DNA of 64,000 nucleotides from a virus: IMG/VR virus record IMGVR_UViG_3300044712_000732, positions 317,776 to 381,775 of that record; one strand, 5' to 3'. Shown piece by piece: positions 19,554 to 28,967 of this stretch (position 1 is its first letter; each line of letters starts with the position of its first letter). The notes under the pieces were generated by a model. It saw only the letters and a program-made list of their open reading frames with translations, ran no database searches and was not told where the DNA came from. The position numbers and the translations under genes were made by a program.

Positions 19554-19856
19554 ATGGAAAAGAGTTACTTCAGAAAAGATTATTTTGGAAGTGTAAATGG
19601 TGATAAAATTATAATATCATCTAATCCAAATTCAATTTTAGTATCTTATGAAGATTTGAATGATTTAACAAAACGGTATCTTTATAAAGAAGGTGATAAG
19701 ATTGTAACACCTTTCGGAATTCAAACCATTAAAGATATTGATAGACAACATTCAGATAAACACGGATACGAATGGTTAATTACTGTTGAAGAAAATGGTA
19801 ATCAATATAATCCTTGTGAATTAATAGGAATATATGTTAAAACTATTGATATCTAA
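19554..19856 (+). CDS. Hypothetical protein, 100 aa
   Basis: ORF. Confidence 0.5.
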   Translation: MEKSYFRKDYFGSVNGDKIIISSNPNSILVSYEDLNDLTKRYLYKEGDKIVTPFGIQTIKDIDRQHSDKHGYEWLITVEENGNQYNPCELIGIYVKTIDI

Positions 19857-19861
19857 ATATT

Positions 19862-20158
19862 ATGGATGATTCACCTAAATTTAGATTATTTCGAACTGGT
19901 ACACTAAAATATAATAGGATAAAATCAATGTCCATATTAAAAAAAGAACTAAATTCTTTTGGCTATGATTATTCTATTAAAGATACTAAAGAATTATTCA
20001 TTACTTTAACTGAAGGTAATCTTTATGAAGGATTTAATGGAAAATTTAAACATTGTTTTGATTTAATATTTAATGACAATGAATATGACACCATTAAAGT
20101 CGATGATTTTGAAGAACATAATTTTCCAGTTAATTTTATTTCACCTTTTGCTAATTAA
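19862..20158 (+). CDS. Hypothetical protein, 98 aa
   Basis: ORF. Confidence 0.5.
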   Translation: MDDSPKFRLFRTGTLKYNRIKSMSILKKELNSFGYDYSIKDTKELFITLTEGNLYEGFNGKFKHCFDLIFNDNEYDTIKVDDFEEHNFPVNFISPFAN

Positions 20159-20170
20159 AAATACTAAAGT

Positions 20171-20404
20171 ATGACCAAAATCGAAAACCTTTGTGTTACT
20201 ATCGAAACGAATATTGATAAAATGTTAGAAGGATCAATTCCTAGTATTTCTATATATAATCATTCTATCGAAATTTTAGAATGTGAAATAAATAAAGATT
20301 TAACCATTAACCCTGATGCATTAAATGTATCAATATTTATGAGACAAATAATAAAATGGTTTATATCTAACGCCCAAAAGCAAATAGGAAATTATTATTA
20401 TTAA
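20171..20404 (+). CDS. Hypothetical protein, 77 aa
   Basis: ORF. Confidence 0.45.
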   Translation: MTKIENLCVTIETNIDKMLEGSIPSISIYNHSIEILECEINKDLTINPDALNVSIFMRQIIKWFISNAQKQIGNYYY

Positions 20405-20415
20405 TACTAAATAAA

Positions 20416-20664
20416 ATGGATGCAATACAATTTAACGGAAATTCCAATGCCCAAAAAATTGAAAAATTTATTGGAAAAGAATTAGATTATGAATTAGAAA
20501 GTGAAACTGCTTATGTCGCTGGTGTGGCACCACCAACTTTCAGTTTATTATTTGAAACCCCAAATGGTACAATAAAAATAATGAAAGGTGATTGGATCAT
20601 TAAAGATTCAACTGGGTATTTTTCTCATTGTACAAACGATGTTTTTCAACAAAACAAAAACTAA
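20416..20664 (+). CDS. Hypothetical protein, 82 aa
   Basis: ORF. Confidence 0.45.
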   Translation: MDAIQFNGNSNAQKIEKFIGKELDYELESETAYVAGVAPPTFSLLFETPNGTIKIMKGDWIIKDSTGYFSHCTNDVFQQNKN

Positions 20665-20713
20665 TTTTTATAGGTTTTTGGTTCAAAATATGTTAGGTAA
20701 ATAATAAAGCATA

Positions 20714-21067
20714 TTGGAGTTATCCTGTAACACCATAAAGTTACTTAAAACTAATTATTTAATATTTTGTATGAATCCTGAATATAAAAAAGAACTAAAA
20801 AAAATACAAAAAATAATTAGAAAAAATACCGATCACACAAAAATGGAAATTGGTGATAGGGTTATTCCTTGGGATGGTTCTTCATTAACTGATATTGATG
20901 GTAATAAATATTATGTCATAGACGAACCTTTTATTTCAACTAAATATTGGATCGTTGTGGATAATAATCTAAATATATTGTACAATGATTATATACAAGA
21001 TTTAATTATTTGTAATCCAATAACAAATCAAATGTTTAGAATAAGTTCTGCTGGAGTAAAACATTAA
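20714..21067 (+). CDS. Hypothetical protein, 117 aa. The start may be an internal Met.
   Basis: ORF. Confidence 0.45.
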   Translation: MELSCNTIKLLKTNYLIFCMNPEYKKELKKIQKIIRKNTDHTKMEIGDRVIPWDGSSLTDIDGNKYYVIDEPFISTKYWIVVDNNLNILYNDYIQDLIICNPITNQMFRISSAGVKH

Positions 21068-21068
21068 T

Positions 21069-21437
21069 TTAAATAGATTTTAATGATTTTTTCATCCATA
21101 TTGCATTTTCATCATCAACATAGATTTCATCATCAACATATCCCCTACGCTGATACCAATCATGCATCCAAGAATCTTTTATTACCCACAAATAAGATGT
21201 TATAGCACCCATATTAATTCCAATTTCTTCACGCATCTTTTGCAATTCCGTGCCAATTCCCTTATTCCTAACTTTGATATCAACACTTAACATATCAAGA
21301 TAAACTGTAGTATTATCATCATTGTACCAATATAAACGTGCAAATGCTTTTCCTTTTTTTTCCATAATCATAATAGAAGAACCCCAGGAATCAGTTTTAA
21401 AATGTAACACAAACCGATTTTTTCTAAAATGAAACAT
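21069..21437 (-). CDS. GNAT-family N-acetyltransferase, 122 aa
   Basis: Motif A is VRNKGIGTELQ (R/Q-x-x-G-x-G/A). Confidence 0.55.
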   Translation of the reverse strand: MFHFRKNRFVLHFKTDSWGSSIMIMEKKGKAFARLYWYNDDNTTVYLDMLSVDIKVRNKGIGTELQKMREEIGINMGAITSYLWVIKDSWMHDWYQRRGYVDDEIYVDDENAIWMKKSLKSI

Positions 21438-21505
21438 TATATAAGATTGATTTTGTTTTATATATTATTTTTTCATTTTTATTTTCACAATCCAATTTAT
21501 TTTCG

Positions 21506-21513
21506 TACATTTG
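21506..21513 (+). promoter_or_regulatory. -7 box TACATTTG (cassette copy)
   Basis: TTTTCGTACATTTGCATCATAATTAAAACAACAACAATTATG. Confidence 0.5.
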
Positions 21514-21538
21514 CATCATAATTAAAACAACAACAATT

Positions 21539-22030
21539 ATGAAAAGCTTATACGGAGAATTAGTCCAAATTGATATCGCAAATTGTGTAAATAATATGGT
21601 AGAAGCAATGTTACCAAGATTTACAAAAGATAAAGTTTTAATCATTACTATCCGAATGGAAGCTGAAAACTTTACGCTTAATCACAGAATTGGTAAAAAT
21701 TTTAGTTTAGTATTTTATCGGAGTTCCAATTATACTTTTGTTGGAACTAGAATTCCAGTTGATGGTGAAAATCCTATGTACAATTTTCCTGATCGTATTG
21801 AAAATGAATTGAAACGACATTCATATCACGATTCCTGTTGGCGATCAGATGGGACTAAACATGTCATTCACAAAATGGCACAAGAAATAGTAAGCAAATG
21901 TAAAAATGATGGCAAAGATTATTCAGTATACACACACTTTGGTGAAATTAATTTAGTTGATGCTAATGTGGATGTCCAAGATTATGATTCAAACAAAAAT
22001 TCAAAATATATACCAATCCTAAAAAATTAG
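21539..22030 (+). CDS. Hypothetical protein, 163 aa
   Basis: Behind the cassette. Confidence 0.5.
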   Translation: MKSLYGELVQIDIANCVNNMVEAMLPRFTKDKVLIITIRMEAENFTLNHRIGKNFSLVFYRSSNYTFVGTRIPVDGENPMYNFPDRIENELKRHSYHDSCWRSDGTKHVIHKMAQEIVSKCKNDGKDYSVYTHFGEINLVDANVDVQDYDSNKNSKYIPILKN

Positions 22031-22034
22031 CACT

Positions 22035-22364
22035 ATGAATACAATTAGTTATGTTATTATTTTTATTACACTTTTTTTGATAATTTGGGGATTATTATAT
22101 GTAATTAATTATTCATATAACCCTATTATAAGTGGTTGTGGTGTTATTGTATCAAAAGAATTTATACCTGATTACATTAATAATACTACAATGACATACA
22201 ATGTCAAAGAATGGGTTTTATATATTAAAGTCGATAATAAAATCTGTAGTTATTCTGTTAATGAAAAATATTACAACAATTCAACAGAAGGTCAGACTAT
22301 AAAAATTAAATATTCAATTGGTAGACTTTGGAATAATTTATACATATTAAAAATTGAAAATTAA
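22035..22364 (+). CDS. Membrane protein, 109 aa
   Basis: N-terminal transmembrane segment. Confidence 0.45.
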   Translation: MNTISYVIIFITLFLIIWGLLYVINYSYNPIISGCGVIVSKEFIPDYINNTTMTYNVKEWVLYIKVDNKICSYSVNEKYYNNSTEGQTIKIKYSIGRLWNNLYILKIEN

Positions 22365-22701
22365 AAAAACTATGAATACAAATATTAATACATTTTGGGA
22401 AAAACATATGGATATAAATGTCAATGATACATTTTGGGAAAAACTTTGGTTAAATTTTATCGCAGTTGAATTGGCTATAATCTTAGCATCTTTGTCCCTT
22501 ACATTTATTCCTATGATGATAGGCACGTTGGTTGTTCACGATCTTAATAAAATTATTTATGGTATTCGAACTGAAGATTTTATGTGGTTTGCTATATTGG
22601 GATCATTTTTTATAATATTCCATATTATTTGGTATGGTGATTTATTAGTAAAATATATAAAATATATAAAATCCACAAAAAACTATACTCAAAAAAATTA
22701 A
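22354..22701 (+). CDS. Membrane protein, 115 aa
   Basis: Two transmembrane segments. Confidence 0.45.
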   Translation: MKIKKTMNTNINTFWEKHMDINVNDTFWEKLWLNFIAVELAIILASLSLTFIPMMIGTLVVHDLNKIIYGIRTEDFMWFAILGSFFIIFHIIWYGDLLVKYIKYIKSTKNYTQKN

Positions 22702-22967
22702 AGATTGTATTTATTCATTTTTAATATAAGATCAGCTTCATATTTGGTTAATTTCTTAACAATATTAGCATCTGTAACAAAAACTTCATTTTTAGAAGGT
22801 AATATTAATCCTTCATATTGATTTACCGTGTCCCTAGTGCTGTAAGTTAATGGAACAATACCAACAACTAACATAACATCATGTTTATACTTGTCATATA
22901 AATCAATTTCTATATAATCCCCAACATTTATTTTATTTTCTTCTTCAAACATTTTAATATATTTCAT
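22698..22967 (-). CDS. Hypothetical protein, 89 aa
   Basis: ORF. Confidence 0.45.
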   Translation of the reverse strand: MKYIKMFEEENKINVGDYIEIDLYDKYKHDVMLVVGIVPLTYSTRDTVNQYEGLILPSKNEVFVTDANIVKKLTKYEADLILKMNKYNL

Positions 22968-23182
22968 CAGTAAATCTATTTTTGATTATATATAAAAATT
23001 TTACATTTTTTTTGCACATCTAAAATATTTATTTATATTTACATCGAACATTTTTAAATATGAATAACAATTATGTTGGTGATTAAATTAACACTTAATG
23101 GTAAAATATTCAAAAAATATAGCCAAAGACAGTGTAACAATGAATTATTGGTATTAAAGCAGATTTTTAAAAATAAATAAAA

Positions 23183-23617
23183 ATGGATATAAATAAAATA
23201 ATAGAAAAATCATATTCCGATAGTAAAAAAACAAGTTGTAATGCCCAAGCTGAATTGACCGAATTGGCAATAAACCACCACAATAAATTAATTAATATAA
23301 ATTCAAAATATGATAAAGAATATCAAAAATATTCCCAATACCAAATAGGTAAAGGATCATATTATTTCGAAAATATTGATGACAAATTTATCTATGTAAA
23401 ATATACAGATCATTGGCAATATGGTGGACATTGTGAAGAAACAATATTAATACCATTATTGGATTTAATATCTTTTGATTATTTAAAATATGAAATTAAT
23501 ATTAAGAATGAATCAATCATACAAATCCAAAATGATATAAATTCAAATAAGTCTAAAATAAAATTATTAAAATTAAAATTAGAAAAATTATCACAATTGC
23601 CATTAGAAGATCAATAA
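23183..23617 (+). CDS. Hypothetical protein, 144 aa (first gene of the radical SAM operon)
   Basis: Tight spacing with the downstream genes. Confidence 0.5.
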   Translation: MDINKIIEKSYSDSKKTSCNAQAELTELAINHHNKLININSKYDKEYQKYSQYQIGKGSYYFENIDDKFIYVKYTDHWQYGGHCEETILIPLLDLISFDYLKYEINIKNESIIQIQNDINSNKSKIKLLKLKLEKLSQLPLEDQ

Positions 23618-23630
23618 AAAACAATATAAT

Positions 23631-23888
23631 ATGACTTACAATAAAATTTTAAAAAATCTTAATTCTAAAACTATCACAATTGATAATGCTTTAGAAGAAC
23701 TCGCTAAATTAGGTTATTGTCCAAATGTACTTAATGATGATAATGGTCATTGGGCAGTAACTTTTGATGGATACCAAAATATACCAGAAGATGAAAATCC
23801 TTGTGATATAGAAACCCACTTTTCAGTTGATGCTGAATATTGGAAAAATACTATCTATGATGCACTAATTTATGCTTTAAATAAGTAG
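23631..23888 (+). CDS. Hypothetical small protein, 85 aa, two Cys
   Basis: Ends 6 nt before the radical SAM gene. Confidence 0.5.
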   Translation: MTYNKILKNLNSKTITIDNALEELAKLGYCPNVLNDDNGHWAVTFDGYQNIPEDENPCDIETHFSVDAEYWKNTIYDALIYALNK

Positions 23889-23894
23889 AAAAGT

Positions 23895-25033
23895 ATGGAA
23901 AAATTAAACAATGCAATTAAATTACCATTAATGGGGTTATATGGAACATTCAGTAATTTGAATATGGAATATGCTATCAGGATAACCGATTTTTGTAATT
24001 TAAACTGTGCATATTGCTATGCAAGAACAGAAAATCCCCAAAAGATGTCTCTTGAAACATTAACACGTGTTTTAAATGAAGTCGCAGCATCATGTGAAGG
24101 TCAAATAACAGTTGGACTGGTGGTGAACCAACCACAATGGGACATGATTTTTTTAAATCAATTGAAGATATTTTATCTACTTTAAACCCAAAAAGATTTG
24201 TAAATATATTACAATCTAACCTAATTCTATTAGATGATTGGTATGTTGATTTTTTGAAAAATAATAATTTCCAAGTTAGAACAAGCTTGGATTTACCACC
24301 AACAAACCATGACATTCTTCGTAAAGATGGTGATTTTGAGCGATCTATCAAAAGTATTGAAATGCTTAGAAAAGCTAATGTTCCAATTAATATTAATACT
24401 GTAGTAACAGAAAAAAATATTAATTCTGCCCAAGAAATTTTTAATTTCTTGAAAAAAATGGAAATTACTAGTTTTTCTGTTTCTAGATTAGTAGAACAAG
24501 GAAATGCTGTTAACAGGAACGATTTAATATTGTATGATAACGCTGCATTTGGTCGTTTTTTAGTGGAATTGTTTGATTTATGGATGGCTGATAATATAGA
24601 ACCAAAAATTCAAAGAATTACACCATTAGATAAACTTCTGAATGCTTGTAAAAGTGGAAAACGTGAAGAAAGTAAATGCTTTCATTGTCAAAGTCAGCTA
24701 TTTGCAATTGGACCAGATGGAAAAGTATTTCCATCGTGTAATAAATTCTTTGCTATTCCTGAAACTTGCCTTGGAAATGTTATGAATGATAGCATCCCAA
24801 AAATTTTACAATCCGATGAAAGAAATAAATTCCTTGCAACCACAAGTAGTGTGTCAGATAGAATTTGTTCAAAATGTGAATATGTAAATGTTTGTGAAGG
24901 TGGTTGTTATTATGTTGCTTATAATGCTCGCAAAAAAGGTGAAAATCTTCAAAGTCGTGAACATTTTTGTAAAGGATATTATTTGGTATTTGAAAGAATA
25001 TTTAACTATTTAAAATCAAAAAATGAATTGTAG
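23895..25033 (+). pseudogene. Radical SAM/SPASM-domain maturase (anSME-like), split into two ORFs by an apparent -1 frameshift near 24113-24120
   Basis: ORF 1 carries CNLNCAYCY (CxxxCxxC). The GGEPT motif that should follow is only readable in the frame of ORF 2 (TGGEPTTMGHDFF). The C-terminus carries the SPASM cysteines CSKCEYVNVCEGGC. Confidence 0.65.
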
Positions 25034-26036
25034 TATAAATGAACTAACTTGTGTGAAATTTCAAGTTGGATTTTGTTGTAATTTGGCTTGTAGTTTTTGT
25101 TTAATACAAGCAGAAGAAAAAACGTGTTCTTTAAATATGCACACTGTTGATAATGCTTTTAAAGATTTAGCATTACAAAAACAAATTAAAAGGGTCGTAA
25201 TTACTGGTGGTGAACCAACATTACCAATGTATATGCCAATAACGCTTGATATCATTAAAAAAGCAAAATCATTAGGTGCTGAATCAACAATTTATACCAA
25301 TGGAACATTGTTGAACAATGACAATTTGAAAGAATTACGTTCAGCCGGACTAACAGAAATTCGGTTGTCTGTTTACGAACCAATTAATTGGGAAAAAATT
25401 AATAATATTCTCGATGAAATGGAAAATAATGGTTTTTCAAGGTTTCTAAAAGTTACTGTAACACGTCAGACATATCCAAAACTAAAAGAAACTTTAGAAA
25501 AATTACCTAATTTAAAACCAACTAGATTCCAAATAAAACCATTTAATCAAACTGGAATAAAATATGTTGATGAAATTGAAGAAATGACACCCGATCAAGT
25601 TCTTGAAATGGCTAAAATAATGTTGGATTACAAAAGAAATGTGAATTTTAGAATAGATTTGTTACCACTTTGTTATGAATTTTTGGTGGAAGATGTACCA
25701 ACAGATAATATTTCTGTGTGTAATTGTGGAAAAGGTAAAGATGGTTACTTGGTTATTAATCCTAATGGTGATGTTTTTCCTTGTGGTGCTTATAGTGAAA
25801 ATATTGGTAATGTTAATGATCCAAATTATCTTCTAACTGAAGCTTGGAAAAAATCATTACTTCTAAAAACCATAAGAAATCTTTCAAAAGAAGTACCTGA
25901 TGAATGTAAAAATTGTCAACATCTAAAAAAATGTCAAATAAATGATTGCCATAGTACAACATTTAATTATTATGGAAATTTAAAACGTGGTAACCCACAA
26001 TGTCCAATTTTAGCAAAAGAAAGATTTAAATTATGA
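25023..26036 (+). CDS. Radical SAM/SPASM-domain maturase, 337 aa
   Basis: CCNLACSFC, VITGGEPTL, and C-terminal CNCGKG...FPCGAY...CKNCQHLKKCQINDC. Confidence 0.75.
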   Translation: MNCSINELTCVKFQVGFCCNLACSFCLIQAEEKTCSLNMHTVDNAFKDLALQKQIKRVVITGGEPTLPMYMPITLDIIKKAKSLGAESTIYTNGTLLNNDNLKELRSAGLTEIRLSVYEPINWEKINNILDEMENNGFSRFLKVTVTRQTYPKLKETLEKLPNLKPTRFQIKPFNQTGIKYVDEIEEMTPDQVLEMAKIMLDYKRNVNFRIDLLPLCYEFLVEDVPTDNISVCNCGKGKDGYLVINPNGDVFPCGAYSENIGNVNDPNYLLTEAWKKSLLLKTIRNLSKEVPDECKNCQHLKKCQINDCHSTTFNYYGNLKRGNPQCPILAKERFKL

Positions 26037-26407
26037 AATATTTCAGATTAATATCTAATGATCCAAATTATGAACCATTAGTTCAGTTTAAAATATATCC
26101 TGGTTATGAATTTCCATCCGAATGGGGAGATAATGTAGAATTTCATGCTGAAAGATATCCTATGGATTGGGAAGAATCAACAGAAGAAGAATATTTGAAA
26201 GAATATACTATCGAAGTAAATGCCAACGATATGAATAATGTTGTTCTAAAACGCATAAATGAATTAATTGATGAATATAAACTAGCTAAAATTAATTTGC
26301 CTAAATGTTCAGAATCATTTGAATATGATAATTTAGATAGACGAATTCATAACCTTAAATACATATTTCTTGAAATTGGTGTTTATCAATTTATCAATGA
26401 AACTTAA
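26033..26407 (+). CDS. Hypothetical acidic protein, 124 aa
   Basis: ATGA overlap with the radical SAM stop. Confidence 0.5.
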   Translation: MKYFRLISNDPNYEPLVQFKIYPGYEFPSEWGDNVEFHAERYPMDWEESTEEEYLKEYTIEVNANDMNNVVLKRINELIDEYKLAKINLPKCSESFEYDNLDRRIHNLKYIFLEIGVYQFINET

Positions 26408-26475
26408 AATTATAAATTTATATATAATTGCACAAAAAATAGAAGAATTCTGCGTGTCCGAATTTCTATTTTCTT

Positions 26476-26506
26476 GCACATATCATTTTCAGATATGTGC
26501 ATTTTT
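26476..26506 (+). terminator. Rho-independent terminator of the radical SAM operon
   Basis: TGCACATATCATTTTCAGATATGTGCA followed by a T6 run. Confidence 0.55.
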
Positions 26507-26514
26507 TACAAAAA

Positions 26515-26535
26515 AAGTGACCAAATGATCACTTC
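26515..26535 (-). terminator. Minus-strand terminator
   Basis: AGTGATCATTTGGTCACT followed by a T7 run on the minus strand. Confidence 0.5.
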
Positions 26536-26613
26536 TTATTTTTTCGAATCTTTTATAAACGCAATTCCTACAACTACCAAAAATATTCCAAGGACAATTC
26601 CTAAATATAACAT
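26536..26613 (-). CDS. Tiny hydrophobic peptide, 25 aa (MLYLGIVLGIFLVVVGIAFIKDSKK)
   Basis: Translated by hand and cross-checked. Paralogue of the next ORF. Confidence 0.35.
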   Translation of the reverse strand: MLYLGIVLGIFLVVVGIAFIKDSKK

Positions 26614-26615
26614 AA

Positions 26616-26705
26616 CTAAATAGTTTTAGTTCCTTTACCTTCTTTTATAAACACAATTCCGACAGCAATAAAAAATATTCCAAGGGCAATTCCTAAATAT
26701 AACAT
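26616..26705 (-). CDS. Tiny hydrophobic peptide, 29 aa (MLYLGIALGIFFIAVGIVFIKEGKGTKTI)
   Basis: A 70-bp direct repeat of the previous peptide gene. A promoter box lies 38 nt upstream. Confidence 0.35.
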   Translation of the reverse strand: MLYLGIALGIFFIAVGIVFIKEGKGTKTI

Positions 26706-26742
26706 AATATTTCTTTTTTTGTTTAACTTTTAAATATCTTTA

Positions 26743-26750
26743 CAAAGATA
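26743..26750 (-). promoter_or_regulatory. -7 box TATCTTTG on the minus strand. The overlapping plus-strand box TATCTTTA makes it a divergent pair.
   Basis: TATCTTTACAAAGATA palindrome. Confidence 0.45.
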
Positions 26751-27045
26751 TGAAATTATATAAACATATTTATATTATGTTGTCAAACTTTGATTAATGT
26801 CATATTTCTTTTGACCAATGTATATTATATGGTGACCAATTTATAAACAAAACTTGGGAAACTTGAAATATTCTTTAATTACACCATCTGGAACATTATT
26901 ATCTTCTAACATTTTTACAATTTCATCAGTATTTTCAACAATAGTAATCCAACTTTTATCACAACTAGTAAATTTACAATCATACCAATCATCACCCGAT
27001 GTTTTTATTACACTTATCATTTCTGTCTATTATTTTTATATAAAA

Positions 27046-27079
27046 AAAATCAGATCATCTAAGATAATCTGATTTTTTA
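27046..27079. terminator. Bidirectional terminator hairpin
   Basis: A8-TCAGATCATCTAAGATAATCTGA-T6. Confidence 0.5.
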
Positions 27080-27083
27080 ATCA

Positions 27084-27389
27084 TTACAACAAAGTACCTT
27101 GATACCAACTTCTTTCAGTCTTATTGGGTTCTTTTAAATATATTCCCAATTTTTCAATTAACCGTTCAGCAGTTTCAAATGCAAATGTGTGACATCCGAT
27201 ATTTACAATATAACCATAATTAACTTGGTTAATCTTAACATCACGAATCTTTCCTAGTGATGTATCTTCTTTACACCAAGATTCATTACAATCTGATTCA
27301 CGTTCACAATCTGTCGGTCCATCAGTTTGACCCATACAACATTCACCTGCTACCAATGGTCTTCCAGGTGTACAACAACCATCATTCAT
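27084..27389 (-). CDS. Cys-rich small protein, 101 aa. It has eight Cys in the first 40 residues and an N-terminal CCTPGRPLVAGECC.
   Basis: MNDGCCTPGRPLVAGECCMGQTDGPTDCERESDCNESWC. The local GC content is visibly higher than in the surrounding sequence. Confidence 0.55.
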   Translation of the reverse strand: MNDGCCTPGRPLVAGECCMGQTDGPTDCERESDCNESWCKEDTSLGKIRDVKINQVNYGYIVNIGCHTFAFETAERLIEKLGIYLKEPNKTERSWYQGTLL

Positions 27390-27468
27390 AATCTTATATT
27401 TATTTTTAATAATTTAATTATTTATATTTAGTCAATAAACTAAATTTTGTTTAATAAACTTTATCGGT

Positions 27469-28866
27469 TTATAAAAACAATTTATAATTTTTAATATTTT
27501 CAGCATCATAATGTGATTCTCCTGCTAATTCATATGCATAATATGTTCCAAAACTACATAATTCAAATTTATCAATTTCTTTGAACTTGTCAAATATCAC
27601 CTTAAAACTTTCTAAAATTAACTGTTCAGTATCTTTTGTACTTTTATTTTGCAAATGTAAAATTATTTCATCCGAAGAACAATCTACCATTATTTCTTTT
27701 CCGTGAAACAACAATGTAAAAGTATCATTATACTTAGCCAAATCTTCTTTACGCTTCTTTTCTTCTTTATCCTTTTTGATGGAACTTAACATCTTATCAT
27801 TATTAAGATATTTCTCGTATCCATATTTTGTGATAACACTTTTTGGTCCCTTAATATTAATACCTTCCATATTAAAATAATAAGCAATATCAAAATGATC
27901 TTTAGCACTTAATTGAATCGTTTTTACACCCAATTTATTTAATAAATTTTTATCAGGTTTTTTTTTCGATAACCCAAAAGCATAACATATCGTAGCAAAA
28001 TCTGGCGAATAAATTCCATTATTCAAACGTTGTTTAATAAACCATTCAAAGTCTGGATGAAAGTAATCTGTTAATTTCTTCTTTGTATCCCAATCATAAT
28101 ATTCTTGATATCCAATTTCACAATCCGATAATTCAATATCAATAGGACATAATTTGAATAAATTAAATAATAATTCATTGAAATTTCTATATTTAAGTTC
28201 TCTACTTTGTTCCGTCAAAATAACACGTTGTTCATCATCAAAATCTTTAGCATTTAACCACCAATTACCAAATTGTGCATCATTAATATATTCAATACTG
28301 ACACTTTCATAAATTCGAACTTGACCTAATATTTTAAATACTCCGTGAAATTCCAACATAATATTCCAATCTTCATAAGAATATTTTGTTGTACGAATAT
28401 CTTTAGCCTTTTTATCTTTCTTCCATTCATCTGTAGCTTCAGAAATGTCAATTGGTTTATTTTCTTTTTTATGTTGTACATGAATTGTAAATTCACCTAT
28501 CGTAAATTTCTTATTGAAAAATCTAGGATCAATTAAATCAAATACTACATCTTTTTCTGCTAATGTTAAATTCTCAAATTCTTCTAATGTATATGGCTTA
28601 AAATATATATAAGCTTTCTGATCTTTCAATTGTTGTATGTGCTTTTCCTTATCTTTGAATATGGATTCATTTTTAATCCTTTCAATCATTGGTTCACAAT
28701 ATTCTTCAAAATTTTTAAATTGTGGTAAAAATCGAAAAGTTTCTTTTAATTTTAATTCATCATCATAATCATTTTTATAGTAAATATCTTTACCATAAAA
28801 CAACGCACCTAAAATTTCTACCATAGATAAATTATCATCTAATCTTTTTTGTAAATTTTCTTTCAT
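27469..28866 (-). CDS. Hypothetical protein, 465 aa
   Basis: Long ORF. Confidence 0.55.
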   Translation of the reverse strand: MKENLQKRLDDNLSMVEILGALFYGKDIYYKNDYDDELKLKETFRFLPQFKNFEEYCEPMIERIKNESIFKDKEKHIQQLKDQKAYIYFKPYTLEEFENLTLAEKDVVFDLIDPRFFNKKFTIGEFTIHVQHKKENKPIDISEATDEWKKDKKAKDIRTTKYSYEDWNIMLEFHGVFKILGQVRIYESVSIEYINDAQFGNWWLNAKDFDDEQRVILTEQSRELKYRNFNELLFNLFKLCPIDIELSDCEIGYQEYYDWDTKKKLTDYFHPDFEWFIKQRLNNGIYSPDFATICYAFGLSKKKPDKNLLNKLGVKTIQLSAKDHFDIAYYFNMEGINIKGPKSVITKYGYEKYLNNDKMLSSIKKDKEEKKRKEDLAKYNDTFTLLFHGKEIMVDCSSDEIILHLQNKSTKDTEQLILESFKVIFDKFKEIDKFELCSFGTYYAYELAGESHYDAENIKNYKLFL

Positions 28867-28967
28867 AATGTATTTTGATTTATTAATTTGACAATGTTAA
28901 AAAAATTATTTTCAATCCACAAAATATTTAATTAAATTTTAATATATAATAAAAAATATTTTAACAT

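Noticed and set aside
26840-27072. Plus-strand ORF 26854-27072 from the track (72 aa), and a minus-strand ORF that I first translated as 59 aa.
   Set aside because: On careful re-translation the minus-strand frame stops after 34 aa. The plus-strand ORF is low-complexity (Ser/Ile/Leu-rich) and sits between a promoter that faces away and a terminator. Neither is convincing.
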